The translations under genes and the position numbers were made by a program. A stretch of 64,000 bases of DNA, taken from Chrysomallon squamiferum (Eukaryota; Animalia; Mollusca). The stretch covers positions 7,502,001-7,566,000 of the forward strand of contig CM022678.1 of the NCBI GenBank assembly GCA_012295275.1. The letters run 5' to 3'. Below are positions 28,132 through 41,689 of the stretch, in pieces (position 1 is the first letter of the stretch; each line of letters starts with the position of its first letter). A model generated the notes under the pieces. The model saw only the letters and a list, made by a program, of their open reading frames with translations. It did no database searches and was not told where the DNA came from.

Positions 28132-30162
28132 CTAACAGGATTCGCCCTCAGAGGGTAACCTGATAGAAACGTTAATCAGATACTTTTCCACAAAGCTTGC
28201 TGCATCTTCTCGCTCCATATCCTTGAGAATGTTATAAAGATCCAGCAAAGTTTTCCTTTTCTCCTCCATGTATTGAAGAATGGCTGACGTGGGACTGTTG
28301 ACTTTTGATTCTAAGTACGGAATGCTCCTGTCTAAACCTAACTTAGCCGCCAAGCCCCTCCAGTCGTGTTGAAAAGGGCAACGAGGATCTAACATCAGCA
28401 CTAGCTGATGCTTCAGAGTCAGTGGAATTGTCTGTCTGTCTTTCAATGTCTCTTCAATTTGGTTTAGAGGGATGGTGTCTGTTTTTCCGTCGATACGGAC
28501 ATTAATATTTTTAGGTGAACCAGGAGTGGAGCCTAAACTGATAACGGGAGATTGTCCCAGTTGAATATTCACTGATTCAATATCCTTCAGTGCCTCAGCG
28601 TGCAGATCTGTTCTCTCCTCGATCATGTGGATGATTATTTTCTCAAAGTCATTCTCTAGTTTCTCCTGGTACATAATGAACTGTATATTTATTTCATCCA
28701 TCATGCCTTTCGGTGCCTCCACTCGTTTGAAACTTAGAGAGGCGTGAGGACACTGGTTATGCCAAATTTGTAAGAAAGATACTTTTTCTGTTTCACTGTC
28801 GTACACAGACGACCAGCACTCTGACAAGTAGCGCACTTTCAGGTGCATGTCTCCGCCGGCAGCACTAAATAAAAACGTGTTCTCCGGACAAACTAGTTTA
28901 CCGCCAAACTTAATTTCGTTGTATATGGCCCATTGCAGATTGCAAGGAGTTTTGTTGAAGAAGTACGTTCTGACTTGCAAATGGTTGACAGCCGTGTCAA
29001 GAGAGGACGCGAAAACCGCAGTCTGCAGCCATTTTTTGCCAGGGTTTCCAATGACTCCGGTCTGAATGCTGGTGACCAGCGTGAAATGGTCAAGACGGAC
29101 GTGACACGTATCTTGGGTAACAACGCATCTTCCACCATCTGTGCGGTTACCGCACAGTGGCTTCCATTTCTGTTCTTCTGTAATCTCTGTCTCGCTCACG
29201 AGAATAGTGATATTCTTTGCGTCATATGCACAATGCTTGTACTCCAGAAGACATGGTTTTTCAAGCTTCTGTCCGTGAGGACCACAATAAATAACTGGAC
29301 TTACATGCGCCTGGGATTCATCTAGAGGAGGAGCGTCAGAAAGGTCCCATGACAAACCTAAAACTATTGGCACTTTTTTTCCAGCGCCAACAGCATCACG
29401 TGGTATGTGCAGCGAGACACCTGTATCGTCCACCACGAGCACGTCACCCTTGGAGTCGACCAAATGAGTTATATAAATCAGTAGTTTGCCTGAAATCATT
29501 CTAACTAAACTTCTGTCAGTCGGAATGAGCAAATCACGAACAGTTCCTTCAGACTGACTGAGCATTTCCAGCGTCTCCGTTTCTACCGAATATTTATCAT
29601 GTCCCTCAGAACATCCTGTCACAGGATTAGTAGCACTTCTGTAGACTCGAACGTTTGGATTGGTTCTTGAGGATGAAATGTCAGGTTTTAAAACAGTATC
29701 CGCAGGAATAAGACCACTTGCATGGGAGGATTCGTTTTGCCGTAACATTTCATGTTCTGGCATTTGCTGAGCAGATATGCTTGGCGTTTGGACAGAACAC
29801 GTTTGCTGAATTTGTTTACCAGTCTCTTCACGTACTTGTAGTGAGGTATCTTGTCCAGATGTGTCTTGAGCAAGATTACTGAATCCTTCCAACCGACACT
29901 GGGGGCAATGTCTTTCGCATAACGACTGATGATTCGTTTGAATTTGGTGGTTTGTTTTGCACCGTTTCTTGTAGCACCATCTCAAAATGACAAATAAGAA
30001 ACCAGCAAGAATTAGTACTATTATTACAATGAGTAACGAGATTATAAGCGTATTATCGTCCAAGACTGATGAATTAGCAGCACTCGACATCGATATATTT
30101 TTATGATGAAGATACATAAATTTATGGAATTCTGTTTTACTCGATACAAATATGTCTCTCAT
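28132..30162 (-). CDS. UNC5CL: UNC5C-like protein (UNC5CL/ZUD type): N-terminal TM, ZU5, UPA and death domain; single coding exon
   Basis: 676-aa ORF. TM at aa 39-60 followed by a basic stretch; ZU5 (VDSKGDVL..GVSLHIP..AV, SPVIYCGPHG..L.KP..L...HCA); DHFT; UPA region; UNC5-type death domain (LDPRCPFQHDWRGLAAKLG..SPTSAIL..MEREDAA). In-frame stop at 30171-30169, so no Ig/TSP ectodomain in this frame. Start Met uncertain (M1, M16 or M25). Symbol indicates architecture, not proven orthology. Confidence 0.85.
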   Translation of the reverse strand: MRDIFVSSKTEFHKFMYLHHKNISMSSAANSSVLDDNTLIISLLIVIIVLILAGFLFVILRWCYKKRCKTNHQIQTNHQSLCERHCPQCRLEGFSNLAQDTSGQDTSLQVREETGKQIQQTCSVQTPSISAQQMPEHEMLRQNESSHASGLIPADTVLKPDISSSRTNPNVRVYRSATNPVTGCSEGHDKYSVETETLEMLSQSEGTVRDLLIPTDRSLVRMISGKLLIYITHLVDSKGDVLVVDDTGVSLHIPRDAVGAGKKVPIVLGLSWDLSDAPPLDESQAHVSPVIYCGPHGQKLEKPCLLEYKHCAYDAKNITILVSETEITEEQKWKPLCGNRTDGGRCVVTQDTCHVRLDHFTLVTSIQTGVIGNPGKKWLQTAVFASSLDTAVNHLQVRTYFFNKTPCNLQWAIYNEIKFGGKLVCPENTFLFSAAGGDMHLKVRYLSECWSSVYDSETEKVSFLQIWHNQCPHASLSFKRVEAPKGMMDEINIQFIMYQEKLENDFEKIIIHMIEERTDLHAEALKDIESVNIQLGQSPVISLGSTPGSPKNINVRIDGKTDTIPLNQIEETLKDRQTIPLTLKHQLVLMLDPRCPFQHDWRGLAAKLGLDRSIPYLESKVNSPTSAILQYMEEKRKTLLDLYNILKDMEREDAASFVEKYLINVSIRLPSEGESC

Positions 30163-30534
30163 AATAAATTACAGTTTCTAATTCTTTCCAAAGAGTTTCC
30201 TTATCAGAGTCCAAAGTGGCCTTTGATGAGGATGAACTTGATCCATGATAGTTATCACAATAGTCCATACCAGATTAAACACTGGCCTGTAATTGTTTTA
30301 GGTGATCATCTTGCATTGAGTATTAAAAGTTCCATTTTTTATTATATCGTTTACCTACTTTAAGTTCCCATTCTGGTCGTTGTTATCAACAGAATTCCTG
30401 GTACACTGTGTATTAACGTCCGTACATACTGCATTTTAAGAATAACACTTCTGTAATTGCTTTGGTTATTGAAGATTTGGATTCTAACAATGGTTTCGTT
30501 TAAAGTTTTTATATCGCTTTTTGTCCTTCGTCTT
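30163..30534 (-). other. Probable 5' UTR part of the UNC5CL-like coding exon
   Basis: Strong minus-strand acceptor ttaatttttctttcag ending at 30535. Confidence 0.55.
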
Positions 30535-32949
30535 CTGAAAGAAAAATTAATTTTTAGTAAATAATTAATATATGAAAATAAAATGTTTAATTATTTGGAA
30601 GAGTAAACCATCTTCATGTTTCTACCTGTAAATAGTTACTTAATATATTTTCCATCAGTGCTCCTAGTTGACTATCAATTGCGTCTAAATTCTGAATAAA
30701 CTCAACAAGTAGTTATTTTATAGTAGTTTCGAAAAGCTCTCTTTTACTAAATTTCAGACATCTTATTTATTACTCTTGAGGAGGAATTACCAAATTAGTC
30801 TAAATTTTCGATTCAGATATTTTATTCTCAAGTTGACGTCAAGGTTTCGGAGTTATTTATTCTGGGTGTTTGTGGAGTAATTGTCAAAAACGTCTGTCTC
30901 TAAAAATTGAATGATTATTATTATTATTATTATTTTTTTTTTTTTAAAGTTTTTGACAGTAGCAGACTTTTTAGTTAACTGTTCGGTAAGTTATACAGGA
31001 ATAAAACTAACTAACATAATTTTATCTTTATGGCCTTCTCAATGACTTGTTTTGGGGGTTGCGTTTTTCTAAGATGGGTCTTCATAGAGTGGCAAACATC
31101 CTTTTAAACTATACATTAGGCTGCGGAAGAATTATCAAACGTGTTCGTCTTTAAAAGTATTTTAATGACTCTTCATCAATATATTTTTTGTATTTCATTT
31201 TCTTTTTTTTACTTTTTTTTTTTTTTGAATTATTATTATTACTTTTATTATTCTTTTTATTATTATTGTTTTAATTATTATTATTCTTGTATCTGTCATT
31301 TAAGGTGTTTATTTGTCATACTTAAACTGGACATATTCGTCCATATTAAACTTCTAGGACTCTTGTTGACAACTGAGTTTCAGTTTATCATTATTAAGAA
31401 ACTATCGTTTAGTCTTTCATTTCATTGTTGTATAATCTGTACCAAGAAAACAATCATATTTACAACTTGAAAAAAGACGTATATTTAAGTCTGTTGAGAA
31501 ATCAAAACTGAAAATAGCGTTTTCTCTGTATGTGTATGTGTGTGTGTCTGTTATGCTGGATTTTATTTAAGATTTATACATATGTAAAACATTATAATAA
31601 CCTTTTTACATCTATATATTTTGCATAACATTTCATACACCGTTGCTCATCTACAATAATGATACAGCTATTCCTGAATGCAACGTGTCAAAACCTGTGT
31701 GTATGACCTTAATGTTATATTTCATTTTTATTTTCAATTTTTTCTTTTCTTTTTTTTTTCTTTTTTTTTTCTTTTTGATAGAGAGAGAGATATGCCTTTC
31801 ATACTCTGTATTTTGATATTATGAAAACCCTAGACTATATAATCATAATTTTCAGTCAGCATTTTCTTTTTTCTTTTTTTTTTTTTCCTTTTTAAAAATA
31901 GGCATTTCAGTAAAAGGAAGATGAAAAATATGTTGACATCTAATCACTCTTTCGAGTAGTAGCCTCGCTAAAATAATTTATTAGATGTTTTGCCGTAAGA
32001 TACTTAAACTAAATATGGTGTTTTTCTTTTGTAATTTTATAGCAAAACATTCCATAGTATTTGTTGGTATAGTCTATATGCATTGCAGTTAGTACCGCGT
32101 TGTATACCTTATTAAGTACAGTTCTTAATGACATACTCATTCAATTATTGTTTATAATTATTACAAATTAAATTCAGTCATCGGAGAAAGGATAAATCAT
32201 GAATTTGTCTTCAAAGACATTTTACGGTAACTAGTTTATTCATTCTGCACTGACAATTTCATGACTCCAGATATTACTGAAATGCAGTTCAAAATAACCC
32301 GCATATATATAGTATTCAGTTTTATTTTATTTATTTATTATTATCATTATTATCTGTAATTCTGAAAGCTCGCTCATTTCATTATTTTTTGGACACGCAA
32401 TAGTCGATCTCTTTTTTTGTGATGAGGCGTCATTACATGTTCATTCATTCATTCATTCATTTATTCGTTCATTCATCTGAACTTGGATCTGCAAATACGT
32501 TTCTCAAAATACTTGTGAACCAATAAAACAACAGCTTAAGTGACGGCAGTCATTATTAAAAACCCTAAAAGATACAGTATTATTACTAATATGAAATAGA
32601 ATACAAATATTATCTTATCCTATATAATACTGGGGTATTCAGTAAAATATACACCACAGAGCAATGTAAGAAACAGAATAACATGCGATATAACTTCGTA
32701 CATATCTATTGCAGATTACTATCTCTACATGATATTTGTAAACATAATCTTAAGTAGCATTATTTTTATAAATGAAATAAACTTCTTTCCTTTACTTTTT
32801 TATTTTATATATATTTTATTATTATTATTATTATTTTTTATTTTTTATTTTTGTTAGGTCACGTTATTTTTATGCTCATGGCTAAATTTAAACCTTTCTA
32901 ATGCATACCTAATACGTACACAAAAATGTTCGAGTTGTAATTCAGTTAC

Positions 32950-33240
32950 ACTGAATGCGATCCTACAAGTTATTATCTGTAATTATACATTTCCCAGCTC
33001 AGCCACTGTTTTGCAACTGATTTTCCACTAACGTCGTATGTGTTTACCCGCCAGTGGGAAGGCAAACATGAAAGACCTCTTGTTGCTAACCTCGTAGGTT
33101 ACACATTCAATGCATTATACGACTATGCGCAGTCTAGCCATTGTTTCGTAACGGTTATCCAGTGTCGTGGTGCAGACCTGGGTTGTTATTTTTGTTTGTT
33201 TTTGTGGTTTTTTCGTGCTACGGTATCGTTAAACATTCCC
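32950..33240 (+). mobile_element. Decayed SINE-like copy (same family as 15740-15970); a further 3'-end fragment with a (TTCA)n tail at about 32390-32475
   Basis: Shared core tgggaagg...ctcttgttgctaacc; 3' end tttcgtgct.cggtatcgttaaacattc resembles 32415-32450. Resemblance to gastropod SINEs is from memory, not a search. Confidence 0.5.
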
Positions 33241-33587
33241 GTACTGGCGTGTGAGAATTCGTGCCAGTACGATGGTGCATAAAATAAAAAATCCAGCTAT
33301 TGTCGCTAATAATGGCTGCAGTAATAAGTTTATCTCACAGTTAAATGAAAAGAAAATAATCCATATATCTGACTCCTTATATCTAACAATATTCGTAACA
33401 GGTGTCATGTTGTAAATATCATCACTCTTCGTGTTTTTAGTTCTCTTTAATAACACGTTCACCCCGTCCATATTAAACAGTACAAGATATAGACGCTTAG
33501 TGAATGAACACCTGTGCAAATACTAAACTAATATTAGACGATGACGCGAGCATATGGAATGTTAAAGAAATTAATAAAAATAAATAA

Positions 33588-33647
<60 letters not shown>

Positions 33648-34726
33648 GAAAAGAAAAGAAAATTAAAAATAAAACCTGAATTACAAAAATAATTTGAAAA
33701 CTCATAATCAATGCCAGCAAACAACCTGGTTGGAAAATGGGTCTATGAAGAAAGAACCATGCAGCCTTCGAAAAGCAAGTGTAGTATTTTTACTTAGAAT
33801 GTTTATTAATTTTAAACAGCCAAAAAACAATGAAATCATTTACACACGTTACAAAACTCTGAGAAGACAGTCAGTTAAACACGCAGAAGAACAACAACAG
33901 TAATTCAGTGAACTGGCAAGCGTCTTGTTGTTGCACGAAATGAGCTTGGTGCACTAACAAGTTACAGACGAAGCTGCAAAACGAAATTATCATTGTGGCC
34001 AGCTCTGTTTTTCAAAACCATTAAGAAATCATAACAGTTTGCTAAGGGAAAAAAATCAATTAAATCGCCTGAGTACCAATATTTTAAAATACCAACAGAT
34101 TTATTTTTGCTACAATTGTTATAGGAAAATATCACTTAACCTGTCTGTCTTGTAACATACAGTCAGTTCATTATTAATTCGTAAAGCGAATTACTGACTT
34201 TCTTTTAACTACAGTTATTATTACAGATAACTGTGGCTACACGTCATAATCATGCAAGCTATTTCACTTGTTTACAAATTCAGAGAGTGAAACAGTAAAA
34301 GATTTGTTTTTAGCGTTTGTTATCATAATAACTGTGGTTATTCGTGACGGGTTTGTTTTGTAGCAAAACAGGTTAGCTTAAGTTTATTACCAGTTCCTGA
34401 CAAAAACAGGAAATAATTTGAGAATGCCTTCATTTTCTCAGTTTTCGAATGATACTTAGTTTTGTCTGAACATAAACGTAAATGTTATTCTCTCGCTAAT
34501 GTCATTGTCCGATTCAGCGGCTGGAGGTAAATGTTAATAATACAGTGACAGTTTTAAAAATAGATAACACACTAATTGTTAAATAGATGAAACATTTGAC
34601 AATCGTTTAATGTTTATCTCAGTGTTAAACGAAACACGGTCTTGAAATGATATTGTGCGAAAGGAAATCCAATGTACGGTCCAAACTGACGGATCAGAAG
34701 CAAGATACGAACATTGCACAAGATAA

Positions 34727-34757
<31 letters not shown>

Positions 34758-36155
34758 CACACACACACAGAGACACACATACACACACAATTCATACAAT
34801 AGACGTAAGCCAATAACTAGGACGGCTTTACTAAAAACTGTACACGCACATAAACAAATAGTACAACTCTTCGCTGTTCAGATGAATCATATATAATGTA
34901 TTTCCTCAAGATGTTTAATTGTACAACTCTTGATGTATGACAGAAATTAACCTTAAACAGTTTTAAACAGCACGGTATAGGTGTGATTGCCAAGTAAACT
35001 GTAAAACGTATGTATGTTAGAAATTAAGCTCAAACGTTTTAAACTGCACACCATGCCAGTGGCTGCCTACGCTTTAGTATTTTGAAAGAACTAATAAACA
35101 GAATGACATTAATAATAACAGCGATAATAAAGAAAGATATAATACAGAGAAAGCAAATATTTTATGAATTTAAAAAAAAGGATGTGAACTTACCACAGAA
35201 TAAAAATAACTAATTAATTATAACGAACCTTTCAGCGAAAAGATTTAGACAAGTTTGATTGATTAAGTTATGTCATTATTTTCTTTAAATTTGCAAAATT
35301 AAATTTTATATATGTATATACATTAGTCCGATATGTGGCTGATATATTACACACACACACACACACACTAAAAAGTAAATAAACGTAATAAATAAATAAC
35401 AATAAACCGATTACATAAATGTTTTTTCGTTTTGTTTTTGCAAAAACATATCAACACATTATCTTTACTATACCTCTGTTCTTATACTCATATATAAAAC
35501 ATGTTTTACTGCAGTTAAACGAGAATATCGACATTCATACACTTTTATCTTTGTTGGATAGATACGCTGTTTAGACAGAAAGAGTTTTTTTTTTAGAAAA
35601 TGAAACTAATGTTTTCTTTATTTTGGTGCACTGAGATATTCGTACATCCGCGAATGTGTTTCTGCTTTTGGACTGAAGAGACAATATCAACATACTGTTA
35701 TTTACATTTTTCCCAACTTGTTTAATTTAATAATATTAACCTATTTTTTTTTTTTTTTTTTTTTTTTTTCTCTCTCTCTTTTGTGTCTATGTTGTTTCAG
35801 ATGATGTTGCAAAAATCAAAAAAAAACGTTATCTCATTCAACGTTGCCGCCGCGATTCCAACCACTCCCAGTTTCGTCTTCCTTGTTGCACGCTAAATAA
35901 GCACCACAATACAGTTTGTTGTTTTCTCTCATTCATCCGAGCGCACATACTACGTGCAGGGACAATACTAAGCTGGTGGTTTACGTATAGCTAACAATAG
36001 ATGATGACACACCTATTGCAGCTTCCTTCTTTCCTAAAGCTTTAACACATGAGACAAAATGTGCCGATTCACAGATTCAGATATTGCTCATTTTAATTGT
36101 TCAATCACATGAATGACTTTAGTCACGTAGGCTACATAGTAACGGCAAAGTGTGC

Positions 36156-36191
<36 letters not shown>

Positions 36192-36617
36192 GACTACTTT
36201 TACTATGATTACTGCTACTTGTATTACTGCTTCTTCTTCTTCTGCAGCTGCTGCTGTTGTTGATCCTGCTGGTGCTACTAGTAACACTTTCACTACTACT
36301 ACTACTAATAAATAAGTATTCGTATCTAGCCCAGTTCACAATCAGACTTTACACCTTCGTTGTGACTGGTTTTCATACAGATATTACTACAACCATTCCC
36401 ATTCATCTACTACTACTACTATACAGCTACTACTATGACTATTACTACTACTACTTCTACTACTGCAACTACTACTACTAATAATAATAGTACAGTGTTG
36501 TAGGAGTAATATAGTTATAGCAGTACTAATAGTACTTGTAGTTGTTTAATAGTAGTAGCTGTTGAGATGTTAATGTTAGTTATAAGTTGTATAATAATAA
36601 TTACTGTTGTAGTTGTC

Positions 36618-36650
<33 letters not shown>

Positions 36651-37854
36651 ACCGAAAATTTCCGAATCGGGTACGACCTAGATATGTCCTGTTTCATGCC
36701 AAGTATTAAAAACAATATAGTAAAACATGAACGTACTTTTATTTTATGTTTGAATAATATTTTGCGACTAACGTGAAATATGAAAAGAACAAAAGAAAGG
36801 TTAATTAAAAGCACTACATAGTGATAAATATCCCCACCCAACCCCATTAAAAAAAAAAAAAAAAAAAAAATAATAATAAAAATTAAAATATGTTTCTCCG
36901 GTTCCTAAAATACTAAACGATATAAAATTAAATAAAACAAAGTAATAAATAAATAAATCTGAGATATATTTGTTAAATAGAAATTCGTAAATAATTTTTT
37001 TTATTTATTGTCGTTATATATATATATTTTTTTATATTGTTATATTATTATTATTTCTTTTTAACGTAATTTGTGTGTATATGATTGTGTGTTTATGTAT
37101 ATGTTCGTGTGTAAGAGATAATTGTTTTTCTTTTGTTTTTTTTAAAGTCCGAAAATATTCTATCACACGTAAATAATCTTCGATAGACGGGTCAGATGTG
37201 TTTAGTTAATTACAATTTCAGACAGAAACTTATAAATGAATTAAATTACCATTCATCGACACGTAAATGGTATGAATGATTGCAACAACATTGTGAGGAA
37301 GGATTATTAATAATAATATAAAAGAAATGTGATTTTTCCCGTGAAAGTGTTTACAGTTATAATACAACAAAAAAAAATCATTGTAATTCTGTTATAATAA
37401 TAATAAAAAATAATAATAATAAAAAACAATAATAACAAATTATTATATCTCTATTATAATATAACAATTATGAGAGTTATAACATTACAAACTGTTATAA
37501 CTATTATGATTATAACAAACTCTAAACTGCACTTGCTAAAAGCAGTACGGTATTCATGTACGCCCTAATTTACACACCCTCCGATTTAAATCGCTGTTGT
37601 CGTTATTGCCTTTGTTCTTGTCTACATAGATCAGATTTCCTCCCAGGGTGTTAAAACTAGGGTCGGGTCTAGCATGTGAATCATTTAAACGATTACCTTA
37701 TCATGCCAGCATTTGCAAGAAGAGTGATACATAATACCCTGAATACATTATTACAGAAGGAGAATTAGAAAGGTTGTTGTAGTTGTTGCTGTTGTTGTTG
37801 TTGTAGTTATTGTTTTTAATTATAATTATCTGAGTCTTTTTGAACAAGTTATCA

Positions 37855-38190
37855 GCGGGTTTTCAACAATGTAATATAATACCAATCAACGTTTCTGGAT
37901 TTTCAACAATGTGAAAATTATGCAAGTTACCGAGTTTTAAACAAGATGAAAATTATACAAGTTACTGGGTTTTAAACAAGATGAAAATTATACAGGTTAC
38001 TGAATTTTAACCATGATAAAAATTATACAGGTTTCTGAGTTTAAAACAAGATAAAACTACGCAAGTTAAAGTGGATTTTTCAAGAATTTCAAGTTATCAT
38101 CAGCTTTTAAACGACATATATACAGGTTCTCACTGGGTTTTCAACATGATGATAATATGCATGTTACAAAGGGTTTTAAAAGCATGCACA
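37855..38190. repeat. ~35-36 bp minisatellite (aagttactgggttttaaacaagatgaaaattatac)
   Basis: About 8-9 degenerate units. Confidence 0.85.
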
Positions 38191-38511
38191 TTTTCAACGG
38201 GCTTTAAAATAATATCAAGATTCTGCGCGTTTCCACTGAATTCTCAAGATTTAAAATGGACAGATTAATGGATATTTGTTACGTTAATTTATGAAACGGT
38301 CAATCAATGACTGAAATCTATTAAATTTTCATACTTTTTCTGTAACTGAACGTTCACTTGTTTTCCTTGATTAAGTGCTTTTATGTGTGGTCTTCTGTTA
38401 AGATAGATGGGGACATACAGACAGACAGACACATAGAGACTGACAAACATATATATATATTTATATACATAATTTTAAAGTTTTTTTACTTATTGATTTA
38501 TTGATTTATTA

Positions 38512-38550
<39 letters not shown>

Positions 38551-39047
38551 AATTTTTACCCGTAACATATATTGTGCAGAGTACTTCTAACGTTCACGCA
38601 ACACTTGTTGTTCCCACACGAGCACAATAAGGTAACTCTTAAAATAATTTTACTTGTGTACATCGAGAACCGGATCGAGAATTTCAGATGAAAAAAGAAA
38701 GCGGGTGGCAACTCTTTTCAAATGAATTTAATTATAACGAAAAGCATTTCTATCGGAGGAGAGAAAAACAGAAAGAAGTGGCCTAGACGTTTGCCCGCCT
38801 TCGCATGTCCGTATATACGTTTTGGTTTTGCACTATTGTGTGGGTGGGGATTGTATAACGTTGAATAAAGGTTGGAGTTCGTTTAGTAAAACTTACACAT
38901 TATTTCCAAGCTAAATTTATATTTATACCAAATATTATACAGAATCGACAGATATTACGTCCATAATATATATATACAAATTTTTTTTTTTAAATATAAT
39001 GAAATGAAATAAATACAGTAATAATAATAATAATAGAAATAATAGTA

Positions 39048-39104
<57 letters not shown>

Positions 39105-39441
39105 GTAATAAAAAAAATAATAGTAATAATAATAATAAATAATAATAGTAATAATAAATAAATAAATAAATAAATAAGTCTGAAAAAAAAAAAGAAGAAG
39201 AAGAAAAAGAAGCCGGTTAAAATATACGAGTGCGTAGAAAAATAGTTTCTGACCCCCTTTCTCCGGCTCACTGTTCCTCCTTCTAGTGTGACCGTATGTC
39301 AACATGACCATAAAACATGACAGTAGAGGTAAGAGAGAGAGAGAACGTTTTTCGAATGTGGCGAATAATCGTTATGAACTTGTAATAACAATTAGATACA
39401 ATTTACACGCCAATAAATTAACAAAAGTTGAAATTACTCAC

Positions 39442-39620
39442 CTCAGTTTTTTTATACCGCGCGGATGACCGCTGAAAAGTACCAGTTGTGTTTTACAGCG
39501 CGTGTCAAGTGACGTCTGCTCGAACTAGGTCACATGTCGGTAGTCGCCGAAAGCAGACGAGATTGTGAAAACTCCATTAAGTAGGCAGACAACCAATCGA
39601 AACAGTGGACAGCCACCCCG
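39442..39620 (-). promoter_or_regulatory. Candidate non-coding first exon and promoter of the UNC5CL-like gene
   Basis: Consensus minus-strand donor CTGAG|GTGAGT at 39441 inside a CpG-rich patch with TGACGT, CACATG and CCAAT motifs; pairing with the 30534 acceptor is inferred. Confidence 0.4.
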
Positions 39621-39784
39621 CATTACAACATCGTCTGACTACAATATAATCTATTTACATTTTCATAAACTTCCTTATTATTTTTCTCTACGGTTAATGC
39701 AATGTAGAGCGATAACAAACTATATTGTCTTATCAATAATCTAGAATTAGGAAAATTGCTGTTAGGCCTTTTATGATGATGATG

Positions 39785-39902
<118 letters not shown>

Positions 39903-39985
39903 GTTTATTATTATTTTATTATTTATTTATATATTTATTTTTGTAAGATAAATGTAGGTAGACAATTTATTATATCTTCTACTGA

Positions 39986-40020
<35 letters not shown>

Positions 40021-40398
40021 GATTACTTATTCGTCTTTTATTAATAATGTTTGTACCAGAATGCATGCGTCCGTGTGTGTGTGTGTGTATCTGTGTGTGT
40101 GTTAAATTACTTTCTAACTAAAGTAATACAGCTCAGTCAGTCTTTCACATTACTTCAAACAAACAAAAGAAAAAACAACAAAAAAAAAACAACTATAAAT
40201 CTGTTAATTTGATAAACTGTTAAAATTTATTTAATCCAGAAAAAAAAAAAAAATAAAATAAAAAAAATAAAAAAATAAATAAAATTAATAATAAATAAAC
40301 AAAAAAGAACCTGGACACGGACACACACACACGCGCGCGCGCACACACGGACACACACACACAGACACACACTCATACACATACTTAGGTGTGAAAGC

Positions 40399-40434
<36 letters not shown>

Positions 40435-41589
40435 TTAACAACAAAACCTTTACGACCAGCCACCTCAAACAAAGAACGTATCAGGTTACCGGGACGGTAG
40501 TTAAATGTCAGTTTACTGCACTGCCAGGCGAAAAATACAGAAGACTCGTAATAGACGTGTGTAAGATCTCCATATTTGCTTTACCTTCGAAGGCTTTTTA
40601 CAACATTTCTCACTTAACAGATAAAAAGGGTAGCAGTGTATTTAAATCTGATGATTCATCGCACGCACGTTTGTTTGATGCAGCATTATTCCTCAGTTAC
40701 AAAAATTAGCAGAAAAAACACACATTATACAGACGCATGCGCAATTACTTAATCTGGAATATACTGGCGATCTGAGTGAAGAAAACAGATGCCATTCAAA
40801 AGACACTCCGAATGAATAATAAGCATGGCTTCTTCTCTATATGCACCTTCCCATAAGCAGTCAAATATCTTTGTTCACCAGACAGTACTGATTTAGACGA
40901 AGTGTTTTGATTTGTATCTTTTTAACATACTGTTTCGTTCTTCATTTTTCATTGTTTATTTTATATTTTAAGTAAACACTTAGCCTGCATCCGAAAGTAA
41001 GACAAATCCAAAACTCAGGAACATCTCCGGTTATAAGTTTGCCTGGTTCATGGTTCGGTTTCCCAGTAGCGAAACTAGGGTTGCCAGCGCCTGGGGAAAG
41101 GCTAAAACCGGTGGAAATTACCCTTCCCCGAATCCCTTGCACCAGTGTAGAAAAAACAAAATCCTTTAACCCTCAACGTACATGTATTTTAACAAAAATA
41201 ATGAAGCAATTTAAAGTAAAATACATTTTTGCTGCTGTTATAAATGTTCTTACAGTGTATTGAATAAATAAAAATACAATAAATGTTCCAAATATTTGTT
41301 TTGAAAGTTATTCAGACTTGCCATTAATACGATAAAAATTTACATATAAATTTTTTATTAAAATAATGATAATAATAATAATAATAATAATTTATGTAGA
41401 AAAATTAGATTTTGTCTTGAGTCTGCTATTAATAAAATAGAAAAAAAAAAATATAATAATAATAATTAACATAATGTTTACTGTTCAATCACTGTTGGTA
41501 TTACTATTAAGTAGTAATTTTGCCACATTCAAAACTGTCATTAGTGGTTATGGAAAGGAGATTTTTCTGTGTTGGGAAGATACTAGTTT

Positions 41590-41625
<36 letters not shown>

Positions 41626-41689
41626 TTATTATTATTATTCCGCTGGTAAAGCGGACAGTCATACCAATTCTGTGTTTATTTTCTTCAAA

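Noticed and set aside
35740-36060. Strong plus-strand pyrimidine tract plus TTCAG followed by GC-richer sequence
   Set aside because: No recognisable reading frame or partner exon.
40645-40680. CTGATGA hammerhead-core heptamer
   Set aside because: No matching GAAA core or flanking stems found.
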